From positions 1 through 43,696 of the forward strand of contig CAYRJW010000001.1 of the NCBI GenBank assembly GCA_964424715.1: a DNA stretch of 43,696 bases. The letters are read 5' to 3'. The position numbers were made by a program, and so were the translations under genes. Of this stretch, positions 29,980-38,981 are shown piece by piece (position 1 is the first letter of the stretch; each line of letters starts with the position of its first letter). This DNA comes from an uncultured Rickettsiales bacterium. GTDB taxonomy: Bacteria > Pseudomonadota > Alphaproteobacteria > Rickettsiales > UBA8987. The notes beneath the pieces are model-generated. The model was not told the DNA's origin, ran no database searches, and was given only the letters and a program-made list of their open reading frames with translations.

Positions 29980-31032
29980 ATGAAACTTTCCGAATTTGAT
30001 TATGAGTTGCCCGATGAGCTGATCGCTACAAAACCTCTGGAAAAACGCGATGAATCTAAACTGCTGGTGTTTGATGGAGAGGAGATGCGGGATGATGTTT
30101 TTAAGAACCTTCCCGACATGTTACAGAAGAATGATATTTTGGTTTTAAATAATACGAAAGTTATCCCTGCCCGTCTGCCGGGGAGCTGCAATGGTGGTAA
30201 GGTCGAGATAACTCTTATCAAAAGGATAAAGTCTGATTCAGAGATATGGGAAGTTCTGGCAAAGCCCGCTAAACGGCTTCTGGAGAGAAAGAAGTTTATT
30301 ATAGATGATGATTTCTATGCCGAGATACTGGAACGAAAACAAAGTGGTTCGGTGATATTACGGTTCAACCATACCGGAAATAAATTCTTCGAGATGCTGG
30401 ATAAATACGGGTTCATGCCGCTGCCGCCTTATATAGCAAAAAAACGCAAGGCTGATGAAAGTGATAATACGACATACCAGACAGTTTATGCCAATGATAA
30501 GAATTCCGGCTCGGTAGCAGCGCCAACAGCAGGACTGCATTTCACCGATGATCTGATGCAGCGCATAAAAGCAAAGGGAGTGGAGGTGGCTTTTGTAACG
30601 CTTCATGTGGGCGCAGGAACTTTCCTACCAGTGCGTGTGGATAATATAAAAGACCACAAGATGCACAGCGAGTATTATGAGATAACTGATGAAACGGCGT
30701 GGAAAGTAAATGCTGCACGTGCAAATGGCGGAAGGGTTATAGCAGTCGGGACCACCAGTTTGCGGACGCTGGAATCGGCTGCGGTTGACGGAAAGATAAG
30801 CGCGCAGACAGGTGAGACAGATATTTTCATTTCGCCGGGATATGAATTCAAAATTGTTGATGCGCTGGTCACAAATTTCCACCTTCCCAGATCAACATTG
30901 TTCATTCTGGTATCGGCACTGATGGGGCTTACAAATATGAAAAGACTTTATTCGCATGCGATAGAAAAAGAATACAGGTTTTTCTCATACGGTGATGCCA
31001 GCCTGTTGCTTAGGAAAAAAGTTGTAAAATAG
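29980..31032 (+). CDS. queA: tRNA preQ1(34) S-adenosylmethionine ribosyltransferase-isomerase
   Basis: MKLSEFDYELPDELIA (canonical QueA N-terminus), then PLPPYI, AAPTAGLHFT, TLHVGAGTF, VGTTSLRTLES and TNFHLPRSTL. The ATG at 29980 is preferred over the TTG at 29968. Confidence 0.95.
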   Translation: MKLSEFDYELPDELIATKPLEKRDESKLLVFDGEEMRDDVFKNLPDMLQKNDILVLNNTKVIPARLPGSCNGGKVEITLIKRIKSDSEIWEVLAKPAKRLLERKKFIIDDDFYAEILERKQSGSVILRFNHTGNKFFEMLDKYGFMPLPPYIAKKRKADESDNTTYQTVYANDKNSGSVAAPTAGLHFTDDLMQRIKAKGVEVAFVTLHVGAGTFLPVRVDNIKDHKMHSEYYEITDETAWKVNAARANGGRVIAVGTTSLRTLESAAVDGKISAQTGETDIFISPGYEFKIVDALVTNFHLPRSTLFILVSALMGLTNMKRLYSHAIEKEYRFFSYGDASLLLRKKVVK

Positions 31033-31136
31033 TATCATTTTGGGCTGCGGAAAGCAGAAAAACCCGCAAAAATCCTTATATTTATTGTTGTTATCGCCAA
31101 TCTCCAATTAACTGGAAAATCATATCAGCTAGAGCA

Positions 31137-32639
31137 ATGTTCCGCCGCGTAAAAAGATTTTTCCTGACACTTCCCATCCGCCAGAAGATACTGGCGATAA
31201 TTTTCTTTTGCAGTTTTATAGCGCTTCTTACATCGCTGATATTCTTCATCTTCTTTTCCACCATCCGGCTACGCGAGAATCTGGTACAGGAGATGAATGT
31301 TCTGGCCGAGATAATAGGTAACCGCAGCACCGCCGCCATAGAATTCCTTGACCAGAAGACCGCCTATGAGAATCTGGCGGCATTATCGGCAAGAAGGTCG
31401 GTAGTGACGGCATGCATATATGATTCCGAGGATACGAATTTTGCAGCATATGCAAAGGCCGGCGGCACCCCGGAATGCCCGAAAGCCTCATTCCCTAAAA
31501 GCGAATTCATGGATAACAGGCTTTATGTTTACAAGGATATATTTGTAAATAAGGAAAGGATAGGTTCGATAGTTGTTATCTCTGAACTGAAGGAGATCAG
31601 GAAATCATACCAGCGGTATTTTTTCTATAGCATAATCTCGATAGTATTTGGCGGCTTCATCGCTCTGGTCATTTCCACAAGGCTTGCGAAAGTTATCGAT
31701 AAGCCGATAAAAAGCCTTTATCTGGCCGCAAAGGCGGTGACCGACCGGGGCGATTATAACGTAACGGTAAGAAAGAAAAGTGACGATGAACTGGGCGTTC
31801 TGGTTGATGCCTTCAATGAGATGCTGTTCCAGATAAATATCCGCGAGAAGGAAATCCGCGAAGCGAACCTGAATCTTGAGGACAAGGTGAAACAGAGAAC
31901 GGTAGAATTCGAGCGCGCCAAGATACAGGCGGAGAAGGCCAACGAAAGTAAATCGGAATTCCTTGCCAATATGAGTCACGAACTTAGAACGCCGATGCAT
32001 GCGGTGTTGAGTTTCGCGGAATTCGGCAATAGTGAATCTGCCACCGCCTCGCGTGAGGATATGCAGAAATATTTCAGCAAGATAGAAAATAGCGGCAAGC
32101 GCCTGCTTTCCCTGCTTAATAACCTGCTGGATCTTTCCAAGCTGGAAGCCGGCAAGATGAATTTCAACATTCGCCGTAATAACATATTACTGCCGCTCAA
32201 TTCGGTGCTTTCAGAGGTGCAGAAGCTTCTTGAGGACAAAAAACTCACCGTGGAAGTTACAAAAACAGAAGAGAAAATGATCGCCGATTTCGATCAGGAA
32301 AAAATAATACAGGTATTCTACAACCTTATCTCTAACGCCATAAAATTCTCGAAACCGGAAGGCGTGATAAAGATAGATGTACGCTATACCGAAGAGAGAT
32401 CATTCCTGGTGGTATCTATCGAGGATAAGGGCATAGGCATCCCTGAGGGCGAGCTGGACAGGGTGTTCGATAAATTCATCCAGAGCAGCAAGACCAAGAC
32501 CGGCGCCGGCGGAACAGGCCTCGGCCTTTCTATCTGCAAGGAAATAATAAAGGGCAATGGTGGCGATATCTGGGCGAGGAATTCGGAAGATGGCGGCGCG
32601 ATTTTTTCATTTACACTGCCCGCAAACGCTATAATATAA
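31137..32639 (+). CDS. sensor histidine kinase: TM, periplasmic CHASE8-like domain, TM, HAMP, HisKA, HATPase
   Basis: Two TM helices flank a roughly 130-aa domain (LAEIIGNRSTAAIEFLDQKTAYENLAALSARRSVVTACIY) that resembles CHASE8 as I recall it. HAMP follows (ELGVLVDAFNEM), then H-box SHELRTPMH, N-box ISNAIKFS, G1 DKGIGI and G2 GGTGLGLS. Confidence 0.85.
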   Translation: MFRRVKRFFLTLPIRQKILAIIFFCSFIALLTSLIFFIFFSTIRLRENLVQEMNVLAEIIGNRSTAAIEFLDQKTAYENLAALSARRSVVTACIYDSEDTNFAAYAKAGGTPECPKASFPKSEFMDNRLYVYKDIFVNKERIGSIVVISELKEIRKSYQRYFFYSIISIVFGGFIALVISTRLAKVIDKPIKSLYLAAKAVTDRGDYNVTVRKKSDDELGVLVDAFNEMLFQINIREKEIREANLNLEDKVKQRTVEFERAKIQAEKANESKSEFLANMSHELRTPMHAVLSFAEFGNSESATASREDMQKYFSKIENSGKRLLSLLNNLLDLSKLEAGKMNFNIRRNNILLPLNSVLSEVQKLLEDKKLTVEVTKTEEKMIADFDQEKIIQVFYNLISNAIKFSKPEGVIKIDVRYTEERSFLVVSIEDKGIGIPEGELDRVFDKFIQSSKTKTGAGGTGLGLSICKEIIKGNGGDIWARNSEDGGAIFSFTLPANAII

Positions 32640-32648
32640 AGGAAAAAT

Positions 32649-33653
32649 ATGGTTATGGAAAACAGCAATCAGATCAAAAAAGCCGTTGATGAAAGCAATG
32701 TTTCAACGCGGGCACCTTTCATTGTTTGCATTGATGATGAGGAGACCAATCTCGAGATACTAGAGATACATCTGAAAAAAGCCGGGCTGGAATGTAAGGC
32801 TATCGCCTATTCCGAGATAGGTCTGGATTACATAAAGGAAAATTTCGACAGGATAGATGTTATAATACTTGATATAATGATGCCGGGTATGGATGGCATT
32901 ACACTGTTAAAACATTTAAAGGCTGACCCGAAGACCGAAGCTATCCCCGTTATAATGCAGACCGCCATGACCGGCGAGCAGAAGACTATTGAAGGCATCG
33001 AGGCCGGTGCGTATTATTACATCACCAAGCCATATTCCCACGCGGTACTTGTTTCAGTGGTGAAATCAGCATTGCGCGAAAAAAGGGAATCTGACGGACT
33101 CAAGACCGAGGTCTCAAGTCTGCAGAATGTCGCAGAGAATTTCCGTTCATGCAGTTTTGAGCTGAAAACTTTTTCCGAAGCGAGAAGGGTTGCCAATTAC
33201 ATCTCCCGCTTCAGCGCCGACCCGAATAAATATATAGTGGGCCTTACCGCACTGCTGGTGAACGCCATAGAACACGGCAATCTCAACATGGGTTTTGAAT
33301 CCAAGCAGAAACTTCTGCTAGAGAATAATTACGAGGAAGAGATAAATAAAAGAATGCAGAACCCGGTCTTTGCTGACAAGAGGGTTACCGTGGAAATGCA
33401 TCGCCGCGACCCGGAGGGGATATATGCAGTGGTGATAAAAGATGAAGGCAAAGGCTTTAACTGGCAGGACTACATGGATTTTGACCCTAACCGCATGACC
33501 GACCCGAATGGTCGCGGTATCGCAATGGCGAACATAATGCTGCCCGGCGCCGTTGAATATTGGGGCAGGGGCAATATGGTGATATATAAGATGCCGATAA
33601 AAGGCGTTGATGTAAATGCCGTGCCTGCCCAGAAAAAAACCAACCGAAACTAG
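32649..33653 (+). CDS. response-regulator receiver fused to an RsbW/SpoIIAB-like GHKL (HATPase_c_2-type) kinase domain
   Basis: The receiver has an intact acidic pair (IDDEE), phospho-Asp (ILDIMMPGMDG), Thr (MQTA) and Lys (ITKP). The C-terminus has N-box LVNAIEHGN, G1 DEGKGF and G2 GRGIAMAN, but no DHp/H-box. It starts 10 nt after the kinase stop and has an AAGGAAA RBS. Confidence 0.75.
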   Translation: MVMENSNQIKKAVDESNVSTRAPFIVCIDDEETNLEILEIHLKKAGLECKAIAYSEIGLDYIKENFDRIDVIILDIMMPGMDGITLLKHLKADPKTEAIPVIMQTAMTGEQKTIEGIEAGAYYYITKPYSHAVLVSVVKSALREKRESDGLKTEVSSLQNVAENFRSCSFELKTFSEARRVANYISRFSADPNKYIVGLTALLVNAIEHGNLNMGFESKQKLLLENNYEEEINKRMQNPVFADKRVTVEMHRRDPEGIYAVVIKDEGKGFNWQDYMDFDPNRMTDPNGRGIAMANIMLPGAVEYWGRGNMVIYKMPIKGVDVNAVPAQKKTNRN

Positions 33654-33662
33654 GAGAATAAT

Positions 33663-33938
33663 ATGCACCCGTTAATCGCACTTCTTGATCTGCTGATCAG
33701 CCTTTATTCAACTGCCGTATTCGTATATGTGTTGATACAGCTGCTGGCATATTTTAATATAATCAACATGAACCAGCCCTTTGTTATCACTGTGAATAGG
33801 TTCCTGAGCGGCCTGATAGAACCGGCGCTGATGAGAATAAGGAAATATGTGCGCCCTTATAACAATATGGATTTCGCGCCGCTGATATTGCTTATCGGTC
33901 TTTATTTCATTCAGTATTGCCTGAGATATTATTCCTAA
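33663..33938 (+). CDS. yggT: YggT-family membrane protein
   Basis: 91 aa with two TM helices separated by ...FLSGLIEPALMRIRKYVRP...DFAPLILLI, the YGGT repeat pattern. Confidence 0.75.
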   Translation: MHPLIALLDLLISLYSTAVFVYVLIQLLAYFNIINMNQPFVITVNRFLSGLIEPALMRIRKYVRPYNNMDFAPLILLIGLYFIQYCLRYYS

Positions 33939-33945
33939 ATTTGTT

Positions 33946-34041
33946 ATTCCGGACTTCAAGTCCGGAATCCAGCCACGACGATATGTGGTTGCGGGTTGGC
34001 TGGATACCGGAGTCTAGCTCCGGTATGACAGTCTTTTTTTT
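33946..34041. other. three consecutive stem-loops plus a T8 tract between convergent yggT and lolA-like genes (complex terminator or palindromic element)
   Basis: Hairpin 1 is ATTCCGGA-cttcaag-TCCGGAAT (33946-33968). Hairpin 2 is TCCAGCC...GGCTGGA (33968-34004). Hairpin 3 is ATACCGGAG-tctag-CTCCGGTAT (34004-34026). TTTTTTTT follows at 34034-34041. Confidence 0.55.
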
Positions 34042-34042
34042 G

Positions 34043-34684
34043 CTAGCGTGAGTTGGGGAAATTTTTACGCGCTTTCCTGAAGGTTAGTTCAGAAGGCTCT
34101 ATCTTCTCGTTTATCGTTACAGATGAAAAATTGGTTTGCGTGTTGTTCCCCTCATAATCAACTCTGCCGACCGAGAATAATTCAAGCGGCATCTTTTTGA
34201 ATTTCAGGATAAGGCCGCTTATCTCACGCACTTCTTCTGCTCTGTTCAGTAAATAAACAGTAAAGCTTTTTCCCTCATCAGTAACATTGGTGACAGTCAT
34301 TATATCGTTATTCTCAAGAGTAAGATCGTTGTAGAGCAGCACTTTCAGCGGGTTATCAGGGGCTTCGCCGCGGGTGACCTCGTCAAGGTCGTGATCATAC
34401 TGGGTAAGATCATCATCGTTCACATAGTAATCTATGCGGTAGGGTTCGGCGTAGCTCATCTTGAGCTGGCCGGGTTTTGAGATCATGATCTTGCCACTGC
34501 TCACCATAGTGCTGCCGGGATTTATCTGCACGAAATTTGCTTTGATGGTTCTTACCTTTGCAAGGTAATCCTGTGCCTGATCTAAAAGTTCATGCTGGTG
34601 GGAGTTCAGGGAAATAGCTTGTTCAGCGCTCGCCAAATGCGCAAAAAATAATATCAGTGCAGCGACGGAGAGAAATTTTTTCAT
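34043..34684 (-). CDS. lolA: LolA-like outer-membrane lipoprotein carrier protein
   Basis: Signal peptide (…FFAHLASA-EQ), about 210 aa. The KANFVQ...SSGKIMISKPGQLKMSY pattern is typical of the LolA fold family. Confidence 0.65.
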   Translation of the reverse strand: MKKFLSVAALILFFAHLASAEQAISLNSHQHELLDQAQDYLAKVRTIKANFVQINPGSTMVSSGKIMISKPGQLKMSYAEPYRIDYYVNDDDLTQYDHDLDEVTRGEAPDNPLKVLLYNDLTLENNDIMTVTNVTDEGKSFTVYLLNRAEEVREISGLILKFKKMPLELFSVGRVDYEGNNTQTNFSSVTINEKIEPSELTFRKARKNFPNSR

Positions 34685-35772
34685 AATATCTTATTCAGGA
34701 ATTTTTTGAGGTCGGCCTCGCTGACATCTTTTTTGATAAAGCTTTTGCCGATATCTTTTGCGAGGATGAATACCAGTTTGTTTGAAGAAACCTTTTTATC
34801 CTGCTGCATGAATTTTATCATCTGCTGCGCGGTTATCTTCTTTTTAAGCTGCGAAGCGCGGGTCTTCATGCCTTTGGCCTTCAGCAGCTTTTCTATCCTG
34901 TCGGCGCGGCCCTTCGGGCACAGGCCCAGATATTCCGAGAAACGGAAGGCCATCACCATGCCGATGGCAACACCTTCCCCATGCAGCAGGGTGCCGTCAT
35001 AGCCGAATATCCCTTCCAGTGCGTGGCCGAAAGTATGGCCGAGATTGAGCAATGCGCGAATGTCATTTTCCTTCTCATCTGCGGCAACTATCTTTGCCTT
35101 GGCCTCGCAGGAGGTCTTTATCATTTTTGTTATGTTGGAAAAATCCTTTTCCTTTTCCAGGAACTCGTAGAATTTTTTGTCGGAGATAAGGCCGTATTTT
35201 AAAACCTCCGCATAGCCCGCAAGGAATTCCCGGTGCGGAAGGCTGCGGAGCAGGCTGGTATCGGCAAGTACCAGTTTCGGCTGGTAGAAACTGCCGACAA
35301 GGTTCTTTCCGTATTTCAGATTTATCCCGGTCTTGCCGCCGACGGAGCTATCTACCATTGAAAGCAAAGTTGTGGGTATCTGGATGAAATTAACGCCGCG
35401 CAGCAGAATGCTTGCCGCAAAACCGCTTATATCACCAACCACCCCGCCGCCAAGGGCGATGATGGTAGACTTCCTTTCGGGACGGGACTTGAATATCTCG
35501 TTGATGATATTTTCAAGCTGCAAAAAATTCTTGGACTTTTCCCCGGCCGGAATAATTATTGAACTAGCCTCAAAACCGGCTTTTTTCAATGATCTCTCAA
35601 GAGGTTTTAAATATAATTTTGCAACATTGCTGTCGGTGATTATATAAATTTTGCTTTTCTCAGGAACAACTTTTGCGATATATTCCCCGGAATCATCCAG
35701 TAATTTATTGCCGATGATTATATCGTAGGAATGGGCAGCAAGTTTTATGTTTATTTTTATGTTCTTATTCAT
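34681..35772 (-). CDS. aroB: 3-dehydroquinate synthase
   Basis: 363 aa with ALGGGVVGDISGFAAS, IPTTLLSMVDSSVGGKTGIN and LNLGHTFGHALE. Confidence 0.95.
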   Translation of the reverse strand: MNKNIKINIKLAAHSYDIIIGNKLLDDSGEYIAKVVPEKSKIYIITDSNVAKLYLKPLERSLKKAGFEASSIIIPAGEKSKNFLQLENIINEIFKSRPERKSTIIALGGGVVGDISGFAASILLRGVNFIQIPTTLLSMVDSSVGGKTGINLKYGKNLVGSFYQPKLVLADTSLLRSLPHREFLAGYAEVLKYGLISDKKFYEFLEKEKDFSNITKMIKTSCEAKAKIVAADEKENDIRALLNLGHTFGHALEGIFGYDGTLLHGEGVAIGMVMAFRFSEYLGLCPKGRADRIEKLLKAKGMKTRASQLKKKITAQQMIKFMQQDKKVSSNKLVFILAKDIGKSFIKKDVSEADLKKFLNKIL

Positions 35773-35813
35773 AAGGTGATATTAGCGGTGGTTAACAATT
35801 TTGCAAGCCCGAC

Positions 35814-36365
35814 TCATTTTTTGGAAAGCGCCTTTTCTACCAGCCCCACCAGCTTAGAGGCTATCTCGCGCTGGTTGCCTATATCGGTATAGGCGCAGAC
35901 ATCAGCCTGTTCGTAATATTGTTCGCGGGCGGACATCATCTCTACTATCTTGCCAAGCTTATCTTTCGTGCCTTCAAGCAATGGCCTGTCCTTGCGGACG
36001 CTTACGCGGTTATAGATGGATTCCGCCGAGCTGCGTAGCCATACTGATATTGCTTTTTCCTTTATCATTTTTCTGGTATTGGGATTTAAAAATGCACCGC
36101 CGCCGAGGGCTATCACCATTATCTCGTTGCTGTTCAGCAATTCCCTTATTTTTGTTTCTTCCATGTGGCGGAATTTCTCCTCGCCGACATTTTCGAATAT
36201 CCAGTTAACGCTGTGGCAGATCTCGTTCTCGATCAGGATATCAATATCAACAAAGGGAACTTTCAGCAATCCGGCCATCTTTTTGCCATAGGTGGTCTTG
36301 CCCACACCCATCATCCCGACCAGAACGACAGGTTTGTTTATTTTGGATGTTGCTGCATTTTCCAT
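35814..36365 (-). CDS. aroK: shikimate kinase
   Basis: Walker A LVGMMGVGKTT, followed by D..IE and GGGA motifs, upstream of aroB in the same orientation. Confidence 0.92.
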   Translation of the reverse strand: MENAATSKINKPVVLVGMMGVGKTTYGKKMAGLLKVPFVDIDILIENEICHSVNWIFENVGEEKFRHMEETKIRELLNSNEIMVIALGGGAFLNPNTRKMIKEKAISVWLRSSAESIYNRVSVRKDRPLLEGTKDKLGKIVEMMSAREQYYEQADVCAYTDIGNQREIASKLVGLVEKALSKK

Positions 36366-36376
36366 AATGTTATAAT
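36348..36376 (+). promoter_or_regulatory. candidate extended -10 promoter for the small ORF / xerD
   Basis: TGtTATAAT (36368-36376, the TGn-TATAAT form) with a weak -35 (TTGC near 36350). It lies inside the aroK 5' end and points toward xerD. Confidence 0.3.
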
Positions 36377-36409
36377 AACGGTACTGAATAAAATTAAAAG
36401 ACTGTAAAA

Positions 36410-36583
36410 ATGAAAAAACTTATATTTTTGATAATTATCCTGCTTGTTGTAGCGGGGATAATAATGAAACTGGATATAAAACCGCCGGTAAAAGATGTTG
36501 TGAAACAGGTGAATATGAGCCAGCCCGCAAGTCCGCCGGCTGTTCCAGTGAATTCACCGCCAAGCCAAAATGCAGCTGAGTGA
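36410..36583 (+). CDS. small (57 aa) single-pass membrane protein with a Pro-rich tail, hypothetical
   Basis: MKKLIFLIIILLVVAGIIMKLDIKPPVKDVVKQVNMSQPASPPAVPVNSPPSQNAAE. It is below the ORF-track cut-off and uses ATA-Ile codons like the bulk genes. It fills the aroK-xerD gap and overlaps the xerD start by 14 nt. No obvious SD. Confidence 0.4.
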   Translation: MKKLIFLIIILLVVAGIIMKLDIKPPVKDVVKQVNMSQPASPPAVPVNSPPSQNAAE

Positions 36584-37511
36584 TCATATAGGAAGTTTTC
36601 TAGAGATGATGCGTGCCGAGCGCGGATCAGCCCGCAATACTATAGATTCATATAAAAAAGACCTTGAACAGGCCGCGGATTTCCTTGGCAGTAAGGATGT
36701 TGCAACAATGATACCGCAGGACATTTCTGGTTTCATAAGTTATAATTCCAAAAATTATTCCAAATCCTCGATATGCAGGAAGATATCGGCCCTAAAACAG
36801 TTCTTCCGGTTCCTGAAAAGCGAGAATCTTATAAAAGAAGACCCGACAAGGCTGGTAGAATTACCTAAGAAAGATAAACTACTGCCGGATTTCCTCACCG
36901 ATATTGAAGTTGCCGCCCTGCTTTCTGAGGCGGAGAGGGATAAGGACCCGAGAGGTTACCGGATGGTGGCGCTGATAAAGATACTTGCCGGTTCTGGGCT
37001 GCGCATATCGGAGGTTATAAGCCTTAAGAAAAATAATATACAGAGTTCGGTGATAGATGGCGCCACACAGAATTACCTACTCATCCGCGGCAAGGGTGAT
37101 AAGGAAAGGATAGCCCCGCTGCCTGATTCATCATATCAGGCGATAAGGAAATATCTGGAGTTCCGGGAGGAATTCCTGACTCCGGTGCAGAAATTAAAGG
37201 ATAAGAACTTTGCCGGTGATAGCTGGCTTTTCCCATCCAAAAGCAAGGCCGGGCATATCACAAGGCAGCAGGTCGCCAATATGTTGAAACTCTATGCCAT
37301 AAAAGCGGGCATGGACCCGGATAAGATATCGCCGCATATATTGCGCCATAGTTTTGCCACTAATATACTGCAAAAGGGGCTGGACCTGCGGGTTTTACAG
37401 GAGATCCTCGGCCATTCCGACATATCCACCACCCAGATATATACCGAGACCAATCCTGTCCGGATGAAAAGTTTTGTGGAAAAACACCACCCGCTGGCAA
37501 AGAAACAGTAA
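36570..37511 (+). CDS. xerD: site-specific tyrosine recombinase XerD
   Basis: 313 aa with ERGSARNTIDSYKKDL, GLRISE, HILRHSFATNIL and LGHSDISTTQIYTE. It is divergent from aroK-aroB, as in many alphaproteobacteria. Confidence 0.88.
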   Translation: MQLSDHIGSFLEMMRAERGSARNTIDSYKKDLEQAADFLGSKDVATMIPQDISGFISYNSKNYSKSSICRKISALKQFFRFLKSENLIKEDPTRLVELPKKDKLLPDFLTDIEVAALLSEAERDKDPRGYRMVALIKILAGSGLRISEVISLKKNNIQSSVIDGATQNYLLIRGKGDKERIAPLPDSSYQAIRKYLEFREEFLTPVQKLKDKNFAGDSWLFPSKSKAGHITRQQVANMLKLYAIKAGMDPDKISPHILRHSFATNILQKGLDLRVLQEILGHSDISTTQIYTETNPVRMKSFVEKHHPLAKKQ

Positions 37512-37512
37512 A

Positions 37513-38958
37513 TTATTTCCTGAAAAAGATGCTGCGTAATTTTGTGGATTGCTGAAGTTTTTCGGGAGTAAGATTATTGGTCTCGGAAGTACCAAGCAAT
37601 ACCGGAGCTCCTATTTTTGCCACTTCACAGAGTTTTGCCAGAATGCTCCTTTTAGTCTTGTCATCAAAATAAATAAGTACATAACGGCAGAAGATGCAAT
37701 CGAACATATCCTGAAAATGCAATTCTTCTATCAGGTTCTGCTGGGTAAATCTTATATATTGTTTTACCTCGTCCTTTATCTTCCATTGATTTTCGGCGAT
37801 TTTATCGAAATATTTATCAGCCAGCCATTCCGGCAGTCCGCGTTGTATCTCGAACGTGTTATAGATGCCGCTGGTGGCTTTTTCGAGGATCGCGGTGGAA
37901 AGGTCCGATGCGATTATCTCAAATCTTTTGCCTTGGAGTTTTTCTATATTTTCGAGCAGCGTTATTGCAATTGAATAAGGTTCCTGCCCGCTGGAACAGG
38001 CGGCGCTCCATATCTTTATGGTGTCGCCCTCGCAATTTTCCACCATTTGCGGGATGATATCATCTTTAAATATCTTGTATAATTTCTGGTCCCTGAAGAA
38101 GTGGGTCTCGTTGGTGAGCATGGCATCAAGACATTCGGATATCATCTTTTTATCATCATCCTTTATCTTTTGGATAAGATCGCTGAGGCCGCCGAGCTTA
38201 TGTTTTTTTATTACCGGGGTAAGCCTTGTATCGATCAGGTAAGCTTTGTCATCGCCGATAAGCATACCGCATTTATGGAAGAAATAATCTTTCAGGAACG
38301 CTGCGTGGTGTGGCAGTATCTGCATCTTGAAATTCTCACGCACTTTTCCGAATGAATATTCTTTGATGAACCGGGCGATATCATCAAGCGGCAATATCTC
38401 GGTGCAAATACCGGCCTTCGCCACGGCACCGGGCATTCCCCAGACAACGCTACTTTCCTTATCCTGTGCGATGACAACGCCGCCAGCGGCGATTATTGCT
38501 TTGGCGCCTTCAAGCCCGTCACTGCCGATGCCGGTTAAAACTATGGCCATAACATTTTTGCCATAAGCGGCGGCGGCGGACTTAAACATAGGATCGACCG
38601 CCGGTTTGCAGAAATTTACGGGTGGTGAGTTATCAAGGGTGGTATATTTGCTGGAACCTTTGGAGGTCACTGTTAAATGTTTGTTACTGGGGGCGAAATA
38701 TACAACACCGCTTTCGATAAGTTTTTTATCTTTAGCTATAACTATTTTCCTGCCGCTGGTCTGCTCTATTCTGGCGGCAAATGATTCATCGAATTTTTCG
38801 GGTATGTGCTGGGTGATAAGAATTGGTATATCTATTATGCAGTTCTTCAGATCCTCGAATAATTTAGATAATGCCTGCAGCCCACCGGTGGAGGAGCCTA
38901 TCACGATGACATTGGGTGATTGTATCAGCGCCTTTGATCTTAACTGGATATCTTTCAT
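37513..38958 (-). CDS. CheB methylesterase (catalytic domain only, no receiver) fused to CheR methyltransferase
   Basis: The N-terminal half has the CheB triad context: GSSTGG (Ser), TQHIP (His) and TGIGSDG (Asp). The C-terminal half has CheR motifs: THFFRD, IWSAACSSGQEPYS (SAM site) and FCRYVLIYF. Confidence 0.85.
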   Translation of the reverse strand: MKDIQLRSKALIQSPNVIVIGSSTGGLQALSKLFEDLKNCIIDIPILITQHIPEKFDESFAARIEQTSGRKIVIAKDKKLIESGVVYFAPSNKHLTVTSKGSSKYTTLDNSPPVNFCKPAVDPMFKSAAAAYGKNVMAIVLTGIGSDGLEGAKAIIAAGGVVIAQDKESSVVWGMPGAVAKAGICTEILPLDDIARFIKEYSFGKVRENFKMQILPHHAAFLKDYFFHKCGMLIGDDKAYLIDTRLTPVIKKHKLGGLSDLIQKIKDDDKKMISECLDAMLTNETHFFRDQKLYKIFKDDIIPQMVENCEGDTIKIWSAACSSGQEPYSIAITLLENIEKLQGKRFEIIASDLSTAILEKATSGIYNTFEIQRGLPEWLADKYFDKIAENQWKIKDEVKQYIRFTQQNLIEELHFQDMFDCIFCRYVLIYFDDKTKRSILAKLCEVAKIGAPVLLGTSETNNLTPEKLQQSTKLRSIFFRK

Positions 38959-38981
38959 GCTCTAAGCTGTTTCTTCAGCCG

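Noticed and set aside
33946-33968. The hairpin TCCGGA-CTTCAAG-TCCGGA resembles the tRNA-Sec (selC) anticodon arm, with loop CUUCAAx and anticodon UCA.
   Set aside because: No acceptor or D-arm can be formed from the upstream sequence, which is the 3' end of yggT. The third hairpin has a TCTAG loop rather than a T-loop (TTCGAAT-like). Position 37 is G, not A. It is not a tRNA.
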